Source of the DNA: Escherichia coli
Lineage (GTDB): Bacteria > Pseudomonadota > Gammaproteobacteria > Enterobacterales > Enterobacteriaceae
Assembly: GCF_003334355.1 (NCBI RefSeq)
Contig: NZ_QOWP01000008.1
Length of the DNA: 64,000 nt
Reading direction: 5' to 3' (one strand)
The notes under the pieces are model-generated. The model was not told the origin of the DNA. It saw nothing but the letters and a program-made list of their open reading frames with translations, and made no database searches. The position numbers and the translations under genes are program-made. Of this stretch, positions 1-20,926 are shown piece after piece. Every line of letters begins with the position of its first letter. Within the stretch, counting starts at the first letter, position 1.

Positions 1-1
1 G

Positions 2-1188
<1,187 letters not shown>

Positions 1189-1206
1189 TATTGCTGACAC
1201 GGTTTT

Positions 1207-1320
1207 CCCCTCACCCTAACCCTCTCCCCAGAGGGGCGAGGGGACCGACCGAGCGCCTTTTTGACTCTGTACACGGTTAACACTTTGCCGGATGCGGCGT
1301 GAACGCCTGATCCGGCCTAC
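1207..1320. repeat. GC-rich palindromic repeat cluster: boxC-like unit (about 1207-1244) plus a REP unit (about 1287-1320)
   Basis: Seen directly: cccctcaccctaaccctctccccagaggggcgagggga, then gccggatgcggcgtgaacgcctgatccggcctac, which matches the REP consensus family. Confidence 0.7.
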
Positions 1321-1331
1321 GGTAAGCCTGA

Positions 1332-2144
<813 letters not shown>

Positions 2145-2158
2145 TTCAGGAGTGCGTT

Positions 2159-2884
2159 ATGGACAGTCTCAATCTTAATAAACATATTTCCGGCCAGTTC
2201 AACGCCGAACTGGAAAGTATCCGCACGCAGGTGATGACCATGGGCGGCATGGTGGAGCAGCAGCTTTCTGATGCAATCACCGCGATGCATAACCAGGACA
2301 GCGATCTGGCGAAGCGCGTGATCGAAGGCGACAAGAACGTCAACATGATGGAAGTGGCGATCGATGAAGCCTGCGTGCGCATTATCGCCAAACGTCAGCC
2401 GACGGCGAGCGACCTGCGACTGGTTATGGTGATCAGTAAAACCATTGCCGAGCTGGAGCGTATTGGCGACGTGGCGGACAAAATCTGCCGTACTGCGCTG
2501 GAGAAATTCTCCCAGCAGCATCAGCCGTTGCTGGTAAGTCTGGAGTCGCTGGGCCGTCATACCATCCAGATGCTGCACGACGTGCTGGACGCGTTCGCGC
2601 GGATGGACATTGACGAAGCGGTACGTATTTATCGTGAAGATAAAAAAGTCGATCAGGAATACGAAGGTATTGTTCGTCAACTGATGACCTACATGATGGA
2701 AGATTCGCGTACCATTCCGAGCGTACTTACTGCGCTGTTCTGCGCGCGTTCTATCGAACGTATTGGCGACCGCTGCCAGAATATTTGTGAGTTTATCTTC
2801 TACTACGTGAAGGGGCAGGATTTCCGTCACGTCGGTGGCGATGAGCTGGATAAACTGCTGGCGGGGAAAGATAGCGACAAATAA
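2159..2884 (+). CDS. phoU: Phosphate signalling regulator PhoU
   Basis: 241 aa from [15 protein letters not shown] (the track ORF starts 6 codons upstream); synteny after pstB. Confidence 0.95.
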   Translation: MDSLNLNKHISGQFNAELESIRTQVMTMGGMVEQQLSDAITAMHNQDSDLAKRVIEGDKNVNMMEVAIDEACVRIIAKRQPTASDLRLVMVISKTIAELERIGDVADKICRTALEKFSQQHQPLLVSLESLGRHTIQMLHDVLDAFARMDIDEAVRIYREDKKVDQEYEGIVRQLMTYMMEDSRTIPSVLTALFCARSIERIGDRCQNICEFIFYYVKGQDFRHVGGDELDKLLAGKDSDK

Positions 2885-2893
2885 TTCACCAGA

Positions 2894-2930
2894 CAAATCC
2901 CAATAACTTAATTATTGGGATTTGTTATAT
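2894..2930 (+). terminator. Intrinsic terminator after phoU
   Basis: Perfect 12-13 bp stem caaatcccaataa / ttattgggatttg followed by a T-rich tract. Confidence 0.75.
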
Positions 2931-2967
2931 ATAACTTTATAAATTCCTAAAATTACACAAAGTTAAT

Positions 2968-2989
2968 AACTGCGAGCATGGTCATATTT
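2968..2989. promoter_or_regulatory. CRP-like site in the bgl promoter region (AT-rich, H-NS-silenced region about 2931-3078)
   Basis: aactgcgagcatggtcatattt resembles TGTGA-N6-TCACA; placement in the AT-rich phoU-bglG intergenic region matches the known bgl promoter layout. Confidence 0.55.
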
Positions 2990-3078
2990 TTATCAATAGC
3001 GCATTGCTATTTTCTCTGCACGCAATTAAATTAATTTCCGAACCTGGATGTTCGTTATAAAAACCATTAATAAATGAC

Positions 3079-11060
<7,982 letters not shown>

Positions 11061-11066
11061 AACATA

Positions 11067-11097
11067 AGGCCGGATGTATGAATTACGCTCCGGCCTG
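11067..11097. terminator. Hairpin between convergent yieK and cbrB
   Basis: aggccgga ... tccggcct stem. Confidence 0.5.
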
Positions 11098-11136
11098 TTC
11101 TCCAACGGTTAATTACAAATAGATAAAGTATCCCGC

Positions 11137-11610
11137 TTAACTTAAAGAGTCTGTTTCAGGACATGAAATATCCAATCCGGGCAGACGGGTAATGATTTTG
11201 CTCATCACCACACCTGCCAGCAATGCAGGAATGATGCGGACAACGAGACTGTCACCAGAAAGAATGTTTTCAAACAACTCCGAGGAAGCCATGCCCTTAA
11301 TATGTACAATAACTGCACAATAGATCTCGGTGATAACGACGCCACCTATGCCACCAGCCAGACAACGATAATTTTTCTGTGACCCGATCTTTTCCGGCAG
11401 ACAGGCGACCATCACGCCGGTTAACAATGCAGGAATAGCTCCCGTAGTAATCGACAATAAGAGAAACAATGGAAGTACCTGTATTATTACCAAAAGAACC
11501 AGCGGTTCTTTTGCGAAGAATATGTAGAGGACAAGAAACAGAACACCAATTAACGGTCCTAAAACCGCAAAATAAAGTCCGTGATGTATTACCCGACGTG
11601 AAACAGACAT
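11137..11610 (-). CDS. cbrB: Inner membrane protein CbrB (YieI)
   Basis: 157-aa strongly hydrophobic ORF immediately downstream of yieH on the same strand. Confidence 0.8.
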   Translation of the reverse strand: MSVSRRVIHHGLYFAVLGPLIGVLFLVLYIFFAKEPLVLLVIIQVLPLFLLLSITTGAIPALLTGVMVACLPEKIGSQKNYRCLAGGIGGVVITEIYCAVIVHIKGMASSELFENILSGDSLVVRIIPALLAGVVMSKIITRLPGLDISCPETDSLS

Positions 11611-11676
11611 ATCAAACTCCCTTTACTTACCTTTGAGCGCCAATTTAAGCGGGGTAAGTGAAGGGAGTGTGAAGAA

Positions 11677-12342
11677 CTATGCCGTAATATCCCAACCACG
11701 CGCTTTCCACAGTTCCGGTAACTGCGAAAGATGGGTAAAGGTGGTGACTTTCGGGTGAACGATCGGCTTATTGTGCGGGTCAGCGCAGAAGTAAAACACT
11801 TCCATTCCGGCATCTATCCCTGATTGAGCGCCGGCGCTGGAGTCATCGACCAGAATGCAGTTTTCAACGTTCACATTCATCGCTTTTGCCGCATGGAACA
11901 TTAATGCCGGATCGGGCTTCCAACGCTGGATATCGTAGCCGCTGAACAGTTTTTCCGGGAAGTAGTGCAGCATGTTGAGCTTACCCAGCGAATGCTGCAT
12001 TTTGCTGACCGGACCGTTAGAGACGACGCACATCGGCACGTTAATGCTCGCCAGCAATTCGTTCGCGCCTGCGATGTCCGCAAGTTCGGTATCAAACAGA
12101 CGTGCTACTTCTGCGCGGTAAACGTGCTCGGCATCGGCCTGGACCATCGTCACGCCCTGTTCTTTACTGATGATGTCGATGATTTCGTAGAGTTTTACGC
12201 CTTTAAAACGGGTAAAAATCTCCTCCAGGTCAACGTTAATGCCAAATTCCCTGAACATCGTGACATAGGCGCGAGAGCAAATGACCTCGCTATCGACCAG
12301 CGTACCGTCGCAGTCGAAAAATACCGCTTCTATCTGGGACAT
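11677..12342 (-). CDS. yieH: HAD-superfamily sugar-phosphate phosphatase YieH
   Basis: 221 aa; HAD motif I FFDCDGTLVDSE. Confidence 0.92.
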   Translation of the reverse strand: MSQIEAVFFDCDGTLVDSEVICSRAYVTMFREFGINVDLEEIFTRFKGVKLYEIIDIISKEQGVTMVQADAEHVYRAEVARLFDTELADIAGANELLASINVPMCVVSNGPVSKMQHSLGKLNMLHYFPEKLFSGYDIQRWKPDPALMFHAAKAMNVNVENCILVDDSSAGAQSGIDAGMEVFYFCADPHNKPIVHPKVTTFTHLSQLPELWKARGWDITA

Positions 12343-12508
12343 GTCTTTCCTTTATCGTTAGTTTAACGTTTTCGTCATGCCAATTCACATGACGCAATCG
12401 TTGCCGTATAAGCAAATACAATGAAAAAAAGTTATCTTCAGCCGTCCATATTGTCTCATTTTGGTATACGATAGCGACGGATTTTCCCTCCTTGTTCGGA
12501 AATAGATA

Positions 12509-13846
12509 ATGAGTCAACAACACACAACCCAGGCTTCTGGCCAGGGGATGCTGGAACGCGTGTTTAAACTGCGCGAACATGGCACGACGGCACGGACCGA
12601 AGTGATCGCCGGTTTTACCACCTTCCTGACGATGGTTTACATCGTTTTTGTTAACCCGCAAATTCTTGGCGTTGCTGGCATGGATACCAGCGCCGTCTTC
12701 GTTACTACCTGTCTGATTGCTGCATTCGGCAGTATTATGATGGGACTGTTTGCTAACCTGCCAGTTGCACTGGCACCCGCTATGGGCCTGAATGCGTTCT
12801 TCGCTTTTGTGGTTGTGCAGGCGATGGGCTTGCCGTGGCAAGTCGGGATGGGCGCAATCTTCTGGGGGGCGATTGGTCTGCTGTTACTGACGATTTTCCG
12901 CGTTCGCTACTGGATGATTGCCAACATTCCGGTAAGTCTGCGTGTGGGCATCACCAGCGGTATCGGTCTGTTCATTGGTATGATGGGACTGAAGAATGCA
13001 GGTGTGATTGTCGCTAACCCGGAAACGCTGGTCAGCATCGGTAACCTGACTTCTCACAGCGTGCTGCTGGGGATCCTCGGCTTCTTCATCATCGCTATTC
13101 TGGCCTCGCGCAACATTCACGCGGCGGTGCTGGTTTCTATCGTGGTGACGACGCTGCTGGGCTGGATGCTGGGTGATGTCCACTACAATGGCATCGTTTC
13201 TGCGCCGCCGAGCGTAATGACTGTCGTGGGCCATGTAGATTTAGCCGGGTCGTTTAACCTCGGGCTGGCAGGGGTGATTTTCTCTTTCATGCTGGTCAAC
13301 CTGTTTGACTCCTCCGGTACGCTGATTGGCGTGACCGATAAAGCAGGCCTGGCGGATGAGAAGGGTAAATTCCCGCGCATGAAGCAGGCGCTGTATGTCG
13401 ACAGTATCTCTTCCGTGACCGGTTCGTTTATCGGTACTTCTTCCGTTACGGCTTATATTGAGTCCTCTTCCGGCGTATCGGTTGGCGGTCGTACCGGTCT
13501 GACGGCAGTGGTTGTTGGTCTGCTGTTCCTGCTGGTTATCTTTCTGTCGCCGCTGGCGGGGATGGTGCCAGGCTACGCTGCAGCTGGTGCGCTGATTTAC
13601 GTTGGCGTGCTGATGACTTCCAGTCTGGCACGCGTGAACTGGCAGGATCTTACTGAATCTGTTCCGGCGTTTATTACCGCCGTGATGATGCCGTTCAGCT
13701 TCTCGATTACCGAAGGTATCGCGCTGGGCTTTATCTCCTACTGCGTGATGAAAATCGGTACCGGACGTCTGCGTGATCTAAGCCCGTGCGTAATCATCGT
13801 TGCGCTGCTGTTTATCCTGAAGATTGTCTTTATCGACGCTCACTAA
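12509..13846 (+). CDS. adeP: Adenine permease AdeP (YieG/PurP), NCS2 family
   Basis: 445-aa polytopic membrane protein; synteny. Confidence 0.92.
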   Translation: MSQQHTTQASGQGMLERVFKLREHGTTARTEVIAGFTTFLTMVYIVFVNPQILGVAGMDTSAVFVTTCLIAAFGSIMMGLFANLPVALAPAMGLNAFFAFVVVQAMGLPWQVGMGAIFWGAIGLLLLTIFRVRYWMIANIPVSLRVGITSGIGLFIGMMGLKNAGVIVANPETLVSIGNLTSHSVLLGILGFFIIAILASRNIHAAVLVSIVVTTLLGWMLGDVHYNGIVSAPPSVMTVVGHVDLAGSFNLGLAGVIFSFMLVNLFDSSGTLIGVTDKAGLADEKGKFPRMKQALYVDSISSVTGSFIGTSSVTAYIESSSGVSVGGRTGLTAVVVGLLFLLVIFLSPLAGMVPGYAAAGALIYVGVLMTSSLARVNWQDLTESVPAFITAVMMPFSFSITEGIALGFISYCVMKIGTGRLRDLSPCVIIVALLFILKIVFIDAH

Positions 13847-13861
13847 AATCGATAGCGCGTT

Positions 13862-13896
13862 AAAAACCCGCCATGCATGATTGCTGGCGGGTTTTT
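13862..13896. terminator. Bidirectional intrinsic terminator between adeP and chrR
   Basis: cccgcca...tggcggg hairpin flanked by an A-tract and a T-tract. Confidence 0.75.
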
Positions 13897-13899
13897 TAT

Positions 13900-14466
13900 T
13901 TAGATCTTAACTCGCTGAATAAACTCACCAAATGCGGTCAATTGCCCGGTCAGGTGGTCCAGCGTACCCTGATCAATCACTTCTCCGGTTTGCGGATCAA
14001 CTTTGTTCTGAATCACGCCGCCCATAAATTCCGGCTTGTTCATCACCATTGCATCGAGGAAAACCAGAATCTGGCGCAGGTGATACTGACAGCGCGCGCC
14101 GCCAATCACGCCCATTGAGCTGGTCTGAATCAATACCGGTTTACCGGCCAGCGGTTGATCCGGCAGGCGGGAAAGCCAGTCGATGGCATTTTTCAGCCCA
14201 CCCGGTATCGAGTAGTTATATTCCGGCGTGACGATCACCACACCGTCAGCCTGACGGATCTGTTCCGCCAGAGCTTCAACCGTTGCTGGAAAACCTTCTT
14301 CCTGCTGTACGTCAGCGTCATACAAGGGAATGTCGGCAATGGATGGTAACGCATTGACTTCCATGCTCGCCGGAGCAATTTTCGGCAGGGTACGTGCAAC
14401 CATGCCATTAAATGAGCCTTTGCGCAGGCTCCCCAGTAACGTAACCACCTGCAATTTTTCAGACAT
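13900..14466 (-). CDS. chrR: NAD(P)H-dependent FMN reductase / chromate reductase ChrR (YieF)
   Basis: 188 aa; flavodoxin-like fold signature LGSLRKGSFN. Confidence 0.92.
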   Translation of the reverse strand: MSEKLQVVTLLGSLRKGSFNGMVARTLPKIAPASMEVNALPSIADIPLYDADVQQEEGFPATVEALAEQIRQADGVVIVTPEYNYSIPGGLKNAIDWLSRLPDQPLAGKPVLIQTSSMGVIGGARCQYHLRQILVFLDAMVMNKPEFMGGVIQNKVDPQTGEVIDQGTLDHLTGQLTAFGEFIQRVKI

Positions 14467-14487
14467 AATGACTCCTGTGGTTGTCTA

Positions 14488-15249
14488 TCAATTTGGCGAA
14501 AAAGACTTCACGGTAGAGAGCTGGGCAAAACGCATCATCCGGCTGGTAGGATTGTTGGCGCGGCTGTGAATATCCGGCAGGCTTTTCCAGCTGTGTTTGC
14601 CATCTAACTCCCAGACACTGAGCTTTTCAATCGCGGGCGTGACCGCCACGGACCACACTAGCACGTCCTCCGCGTCGCATAACGCTTCTACATGATTTAC
14701 ATGAGCACAGTTCAGGCGTCCGGCAATGGGCAGCAGCTGCAGATCGCGCGGATCGTCATTCAAAACATCACCGGTTAGTTTTAGCACGCTTCGGCGCAGC
14801 GTGATGAGCTGCGCCCGCGCTTCGTTAGGATCGTTTTGTTTACTGATCCATAGCGATTCATTGCTGGAAAAGGTGTGGTTATCGGGCGCGTGTGGGCTAT
14901 GAAACCCGCGCGTCGCACGCTGTAGTTCCATATCGAGGCCACATTCACCTTCGGTTGTTAACGCCACGCCAACCATATTCCCGGCATAGGAAATAGAAAA
15001 CGAAGGCAAATTTTTATCACTGAAAACCGGTTTACCTTTCGGCAGGGTGACGATTTCCGGCAATTCGCCAATGCCATACAGCATGAACATCAGTTCTGCG
15101 AGTAAACCTCTGGACGCCAGAAAACGGCTTTGACGATGAGGGGGAATGTTTCGGGCTTCTTGATGACACTGGGAGGGGAGACGAACAGAAATCAGATGTC
15201 CTTCCGTTAAAATCCCTCGGGCAAAGTGAGTCGCCATTTTTCGCTCCAT
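14488..15249 (-). CDS. yieE: Putative phosphopantetheinyl-transferase-like protein YieE
   Basis: About 250-aa ORF (start codon uncertain by a few codons); synteny between chrR and yidZ. Confidence 0.8.
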   Translation of the reverse strand: MERKMATHFARGILTEGHLISVRLPSQCHQEARNIPPHRQSRFLASRGLLAELMFMLYGIGELPEIVTLPKGKPVFSDKNLPSFSISYAGNMVGVALTTEGECGLDMELQRATRGFHSPHAPDNHTFSSNESLWISKQNDPNEARAQLITLRRSVLKLTGDVLNDDPRDLQLLPIAGRLNCAHVNHVEALCDAEDVLVWSVAVTPAIEKLSVWELDGKHSWKSLPDIHSRANNPTSRMMRFAQLSTVKSFSPN

Positions 15250-15393
15250 GCTTAATGGTCCATTATGAATATAAGAGTAATCATTTACTGGAATGATGGA
15301 CAGACTAAAGCGGCTAAAAGTTCGATTCAGACAAGCTTATTACAACTTTTTTACATTTTATTGTGAAATTGGGTCGCGTTTCATACGATTCGG

Positions 15394-16353
15394 TTATGCC
15401 ATCGACGCGTAAAGGTTTTTAATGGTTTCCCGTAACCAGACGATCTTCGGATTATGGCTGTTCCGTTTATGCCACAGCAGGGTAAAAGGAACTTCCAGCT
15501 TTTTTTGCTGGCTTTCGTCAAACGGGAGAGGAAGAGCAACCAACGGCAGTTGATGGAGTTGATTGTAGTACTGACAGTAGCGCGGCGCGGTCGCCAGTAG
15601 CAGATTGTCGGGTTGCGCTGCCATAAACAGTGACTGCTCAAATTCCGGCAGGCTCATAGCAATCGTGCGTTCGCGCCCCAGCTCCTGTAACACATTGTCC
15701 AGCGCCCAGGTGTCGCTCTGTTCCCAGCAAATGCTGATATGCGGATAACGTAAAAAGGTGTCCAGATTCCACGTTTCATGCAGTGCCGGATGATCTTTGC
15801 GTAACCAGACGCAGGGTACATCACTAAACAGCACTTCATAATCAATGGCTAACGGTAGCGAGCTTAACAGCTCCCGCGAGCGAGGATGGCTTTCGCGACC
15901 GGAAAAACCAATATCCACTTCACCACGAGTAATGGCATCTAAGGAATCGTAATCCCAGTTACGTAGTTTGATGGTCGCCTGCGGGTAACGTTGGTAGATC
16001 CGTTTCGACAGCGCATTAAGCATGATCATCATCAGCGGCGATTCCGCCGCCAACTCAAACTTCAGGCCGCGCGGTGTCTGGTGGTGCGGTTTATCCAGCA
16101 GCAGATTGCTCATTTGCATCCATTCCGCCAGATTTTGCTCCATGCTGACCATTAGCGGTGTGGGCGACAGGCCCAGCGGTGAGTTCACAAAGAGCGGGTC
16201 GTCAAACCACGCTCTTAACTTTGCCAGCGACTTACTCACCGCTGAAGGGGTCACGTTCATCCGCTTCGCCGCTTTGGTCACGCTGCGCTCCTGCATCAGC
16301 AGTTGCAGACAGAGCAGCAGATTGAGATCAAGCGTGGTGATGGATTTCTTCAT
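15394..16353 (-). CDS. yidZ: LysR-family transcriptional regulator YidZ
   Basis: 319 aa from [13 protein letters not shown]; N-terminal LysR HTH; overlaps the 3' end of mdtL. Confidence 0.9.
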
Positions 16354-17503
16354 GAGCGGCAACGGGGCGTCCAGGCGCGACGAACATAATCAGCAACAGG
16401 CTCACTATGCTACAGGCAATCAGAATCCCGATCAGCATATTCCATGCGCCGATACCAACCACCGCTGCCAGCCAAATCCACAGTGACGAACCGCAAACCT
16501 GCGCAATACCTAAGGTCGAGCTGGCTACGCCCGCGCGTAATGAAAATGGTCCTAACGCCTGACTCATCGCTACGCCAAAACCTACCGAGAAACCGGCGCA
16601 AATCAGCGTGATACCAAACAGAGAAACCGCATGGGAAGGTGAAACGGCAAGGGTGATCCCCGCTGCAAGGAATAACACCTGCGAGGTGATCATCAACGTA
16701 CGTGGCTTAAAAATTCCCAGCGCAAATGGCGTGGAGAATGAAACGGTCATGCTGACGCCAGCGGTCAACGCCATAATGGTGGCGTATTCTCCGCGCTCAA
16801 AACCCATGATTTCCATCAGCAATACCGGCGATGTATTGACGAAAGTGAGGATCACCGAAACGCTGAGGGTGGTGATAACAACACGGCTGAGGAAAAACCG
16901 ATTAAGCAGCGACTCGCTATTTTCTCGTGGTTTGTCCGAAGCAGCGGGGGACGCTGGGCGCGTTTCTTTTAAAATAAACAAAGACAACATCAGTACCGCG
17001 ATGCCCATCATTGCCATCGCCCAGAACAGACTCTGCCACGGGAATTTAAGCATAATCAGATGTCCGAGCACTGGCGCTAACACCGGAATGATGCAGGTAA
17101 TACCGTTGAGTAATGACAGCACTTTAGCCCGACGTCGATCATCCAGCGTGTCGCGCAAAATGGCGAACGCCACTACGTAACAACAGCCTGCGCCCAACCC
17201 CTGTAGAAATCGGCCTGCAAGAAATAACGTGCTGGTTTCAGCCAGTGAACAGAACACCGAGGCAATAATAAATAGCGCCGCGCCGGGTATGGCGACCGGC
17301 TTTCTCCCTGAACGATCGGCCACTTTACCGGCAAATAACATCGCAGCTGCCATCCCCGCCAGATATACGGAGAACGCAATATGCAACTGCGCTTCGCTGG
17401 CATTGAGATCGGCGGTGATGCGCGGTAAACCAACGAGGTACATATCAATCCCGGCGGGATAAAGTAAAACCAGGGCAAAACTACAAATTAAAAAGCGGGA
17501 CAT
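16328..17503 (-). CDS. mdtL: MFS multidrug efflux transporter MdtL (YidY)
   Basis: 391-aa 12-TM MFS protein; synteny. Confidence 0.92.
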
Positions 17504-17635
17504 GGGCTAAAGCGTCCTGATAGTAAGGTGACGCAAAGCATACGTGGTGAAGGAGAATCAGGCGAGTTGCCATTTGGACAAAAGAGATTTCCTGACAGGC
17601 AAGAAGCCAGCGAAATGGCTGGCTTCTTGAAGGGA

Positions 17636-18883
17636 TCAGCCAAATTTAGGTAACACGTTAAAGACGTTACCGAACCAGCATAAAATTACGGTTATACCAA
17701 AGAGAATGACAATCGCCGGAATAAGATTGCCGCCCCAGACCGTGAACATCTGATTGGGAAACTTCTTGCGAGCTTTGATTGCAAGCACTGCGGGAATAAT
17801 GACCGCCCAGATGGTGGCGCACAGCCCGGCACCGCCGATCCCGTAAATAAAGCCGTTCGGGAAGATCAGATACAACAACGCAGGTGGCAGGAAGGTTAAC
17901 AGCACGGTTTTGAAACGCCCGCCGTGGGAGTTATCAATCTTAAACAGGTCCGCCAGATAATCGAACAACCCCAGCGTGACACCAAAGAACGAACTGGCAA
18001 CAGCTAAGTTAGAGAACACCAGCAGGCAAAACTCGATAATGCCGTGCTGTTTGGTGCCGAGGAACGATTTCACCAGCGAATCAACGTTGCCGCCTGAGGA
18101 GATTATCGCCTTAAAGCTTTCGCGCGGAATATTCCCCATCGTGCAATAGAGCCAGAAGAGATAAATCACCAGCGCCAGCAGCGAACCAAATACCACGCTT
18201 TTGATTAACTTATCTTTGCGTTTTCCATAGCAAATAATCAGGCTGGGAATATTGCCGTGGAAACCAAATGACGCCAGACACACCGGCAAAGCCATAAAAA
18301 TATACGGGAAGTAAGACGTTCCCGCAGTGGTGCTGGTGGCATCGCGCAGGATGGAGTAATCGACCTGGAAGAAGAAAGAACCAAACACGATCACAAAGGA
18401 GATAATCTTCAGCCCGAGGAACAATGAGGTAATGCGACTGGCGGCTAACGAACTTATCCACAATACGCTGGCAACGAAAATGGCTGTGCAGATCCCGACA
18501 ATACGTGGATTAGCGTGATAGCCCAAATTCATTGATATCGTTTCACTAATGATCGCACCATTAGCAGAGATATAGGCATAAGTGAGGATATAGAGAACGA
18601 AGGCAACGGTAATACCGCTGATAATGTTCCAGGTGTTACCGATTAAATCTTTGGTGATGGTGTTAAAACTGGAGCCGACAGGATAATTTAAATTTGCTTC
18701 TAATAACAATAACCCGGAATGAAGCATTGAAAACCAGGCAATGATAAGGATAAAGGCACCCCAGAAAAACCAGGCACCGGCAAGATCAACAGGTAAAGCA
18801 AACATACCTCCACCAATTACTGTACCTGCTATAACCATAACACCCCAAAATGCAGAGTGCTTTTTTTCAGCTTGATCAGTCAT
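17636..18883 (-). CDS. tnaB: Low-affinity tryptophan permease TnaB
   Basis: 415-aa membrane protein downstream of tnaA. Confidence 0.95.
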   Translation of the reverse strand: MTDQAEKKHSAFWGVMVIAGTVIGGGMFALPVDLAGAWFFWGAFILIIAWFSMLHSGLLLLEANLNYPVGSSFNTITKDLIGNTWNIISGITVAFVLYILTYAYISANGAIISETISMNLGYHANPRIVGICTAIFVASVLWISSLAASRITSLFLGLKIISFVIVFGSFFFQVDYSILRDATSTTAGTSYFPYIFMALPVCLASFGFHGNIPSLIICYGKRKDKLIKSVVFGSLLALVIYLFWLYCTMGNIPRESFKAIISSGGNVDSLVKSFLGTKQHGIIEFCLLVFSNLAVASSFFGVTLGLFDYLADLFKIDNSHGGRFKTVLLTFLPPALLYLIFPNGFIYGIGGAGLCATIWAVIIPAVLAIKARKKFPNQMFTVWGGNLIPAIVILFGITVILCWFGNVFNVLPKFG

Positions 18884-18973
18884 GATGCCACCTTTAGAGG
18901 AAGGCTATTTTTGTTATTGAGGATGTAGGGTAAGAGAGTGGCTAACATCCTTATAGCCACTCTGTAGTATTAA

Positions 18974-20389
18974 TTAAACTTCTTTCAGTTTTGCGGTGAA
19001 GTGACGCAATACTTTTGGTTCGTAGGTAAAGGTTAATCCTTTAATATTCGCCGCGTTCTCTTTCACATGTTTAAAGGCTTCAATAATGAAGTCCATATGT
19101 GTTTGAGTATATGTTGCGCGCGGAATGGTTAAACGCAGCAGTTCAGCCGGGCATGGCAGTTGTTTACCGGTTTTCGGATCGCGGCCTAACAGGAAAGAGC
19201 CAATTTCTACCGCACGGATACCGGCGACTTTATACAGCTCGCACGCCAGCGCCTGTGCCGGGAACTGGTCTGCCGGGATATGCGGCAGCAGTTTACCGGC
19301 ATCAACGAATGCCGCGTGACCGCCCGCCTGCTGGCAGACAACGCCAATCTCTTCCAGACCATCGACCAGATACTGTACCTGCGCGATACGATAAGCCAGC
19401 CAGTCGAGATTCATGCCGTCATACAGACCTACCGCCAGACGCTCCATCGCGCCGCCTTCCAGGCCGCCATATGTCGGGAAGCCTTCCTGCACCACGCAAA
19501 GGGTTCTGCACTCGGTGTACACATCAAAGAAGCTGTCGTCTTTCATGCACAGCAAGCCGCCCATCGGCACCATCGCATCTTTCTTGGCGGACATCGCCAG
19601 CATATCGGCATATTTGTAGGTTTCGCGGGTGATCTGCTCGATGGTCCAGTCTTTGTATTCTGCTTCACGCTGCTTGATGAAATAGGCGTTTTCAGCAAAG
19701 CGTGCGGAGTCCATTACCACCGGAATATCGTATTTCTTCGCGATGCTGTACATCGCTTTTAAGTTTGCCAGTGAAACCGGCTGACCACCTGCAGAGTTAC
19801 TGGTGATGGTTGCAACGATATACGGCACGTTATTCGGGCCAACTTCTTCAATACCGCGTTCTAATCCTTCGAGGTCAAAGTTGCCTTTAAAGTCGTAACG
19901 CACGCCCGTATCGAAGGCTTCTTTGATATAGACGTTACGCACGGTACAGCCGTTAATCTGGCTATGGCCCTGCGTGGTATCAAAGAAATAGTTAGAGAAT
20001 GCCACCATTTTGCTGCGATCCAGGCCTTTTTCCTGCTCGCGTTTTTTAATCAGTACCGGAATATAGATTTGCTCTGCGCCACGGCCCTGGTGAGTCGGAA
20101 TAGTGTATTGATAACCAAAGATATTTTTCACTGACTCGGCTAACGCATAGTAGCTGCGGCTGCCGCTGTAGGCTTCGTCGCCGCGCATCATCGCGGCCTG
20201 CATACTCTGCGTCACCGCCCCGGTGCCGCTGTCGGTCAGTAAATCGATAAACACATCTTCGCTATCCAGCAGGAACGGGTTCATACCGGATTTAATAATT
20301 GCTTCTTCACGATAAGCGCGAGTAGTACGTTTTACTGGCTCAATAACACGAATGCGGAACGGTTCAGGGAGATGTTTAAAGTTTTCCAT
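18974..20389 (-). CDS. tnaA: Tryptophanase TnaA (PLP-dependent)
   Basis: 471 aa from [18 protein letters not shown]; the track ORF starts 5 codons upstream. Confidence 0.97.
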
Positions 20390-20609
20390 TACATAATCCT
20401 TCATTTATTTTAATTACAGTGATCCCTGTGAATATTACATCTGCAATATCCATTAATTCGCCATGTATATATACAAGCACCATCATTTACTAAAATAAGT
20501 AAATAAACGAGAGATGGCCTTTGCAAAAGGCAAAATTAAGATATAGCAAACTAATCGTTCACATTGAATCTAATCGGTTTGGCTCTGGTGATGGCTACAG
20601 AAGGGTAAA

Positions 20610-20684
20610 TTAAGGGCGGTGATCGACAATCTTATTGTCGATATTGAACCATTTTGAGGTCACACATATATGTAAGATATTCAT
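20610..20684 (-). CDS. tnaC: tna operon leader peptide TnaC (24 aa), not in the ORF track
   Basis: Minus-strand translation gives MNILHICVTSKWFNIDNKIVDHRP followed by a stop; about 220-nt spacer (Rho-dependent termination region) before tnaA. Confidence 0.93.
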   Translation of the reverse strand: MNILHICVTSKWFNIDNKIVDHRP

Positions 20685-20758
20685 AATGCACTTATCCTCG
20701 AAAGACACGAGGCTACAGTATAATACTCAAGAATTTTGTCTATTCTAAAATTGTTTAA

Positions 20759-20774
20759 ATGTGAATCGAATCAC
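20759..20774. promoter_or_regulatory. CRP binding site of the tna promoter
   Basis: tgtgaatcgaatcaca, a perfect TGTGA-N6-TCACA, about 75 bp upstream of tnaC. Confidence 0.8.
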
Positions 20775-20926
20775 AATCGTTCGGGGAGCAATATTAAATG
20801 CTTTTTTTTAAGATTATAAATTACGTAAGAATTTTAATGTTTAAAAAAAGGGTTGAGGAATAATAGGAGTGCTAACAATGAAGCGAAGCCGCATCTGACA
20901 GTCAGAATACGGCTTCGTAAGCGCGG

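Noticed and set aside
19099-19762. Plus-strand ORFs of 177 and 160 aa inside tnaA
   Set aside because: Antisense to tryptophanase; Arg/Pro/Ser-rich with no domain-like features; tnaA on the minus strand is unambiguous.
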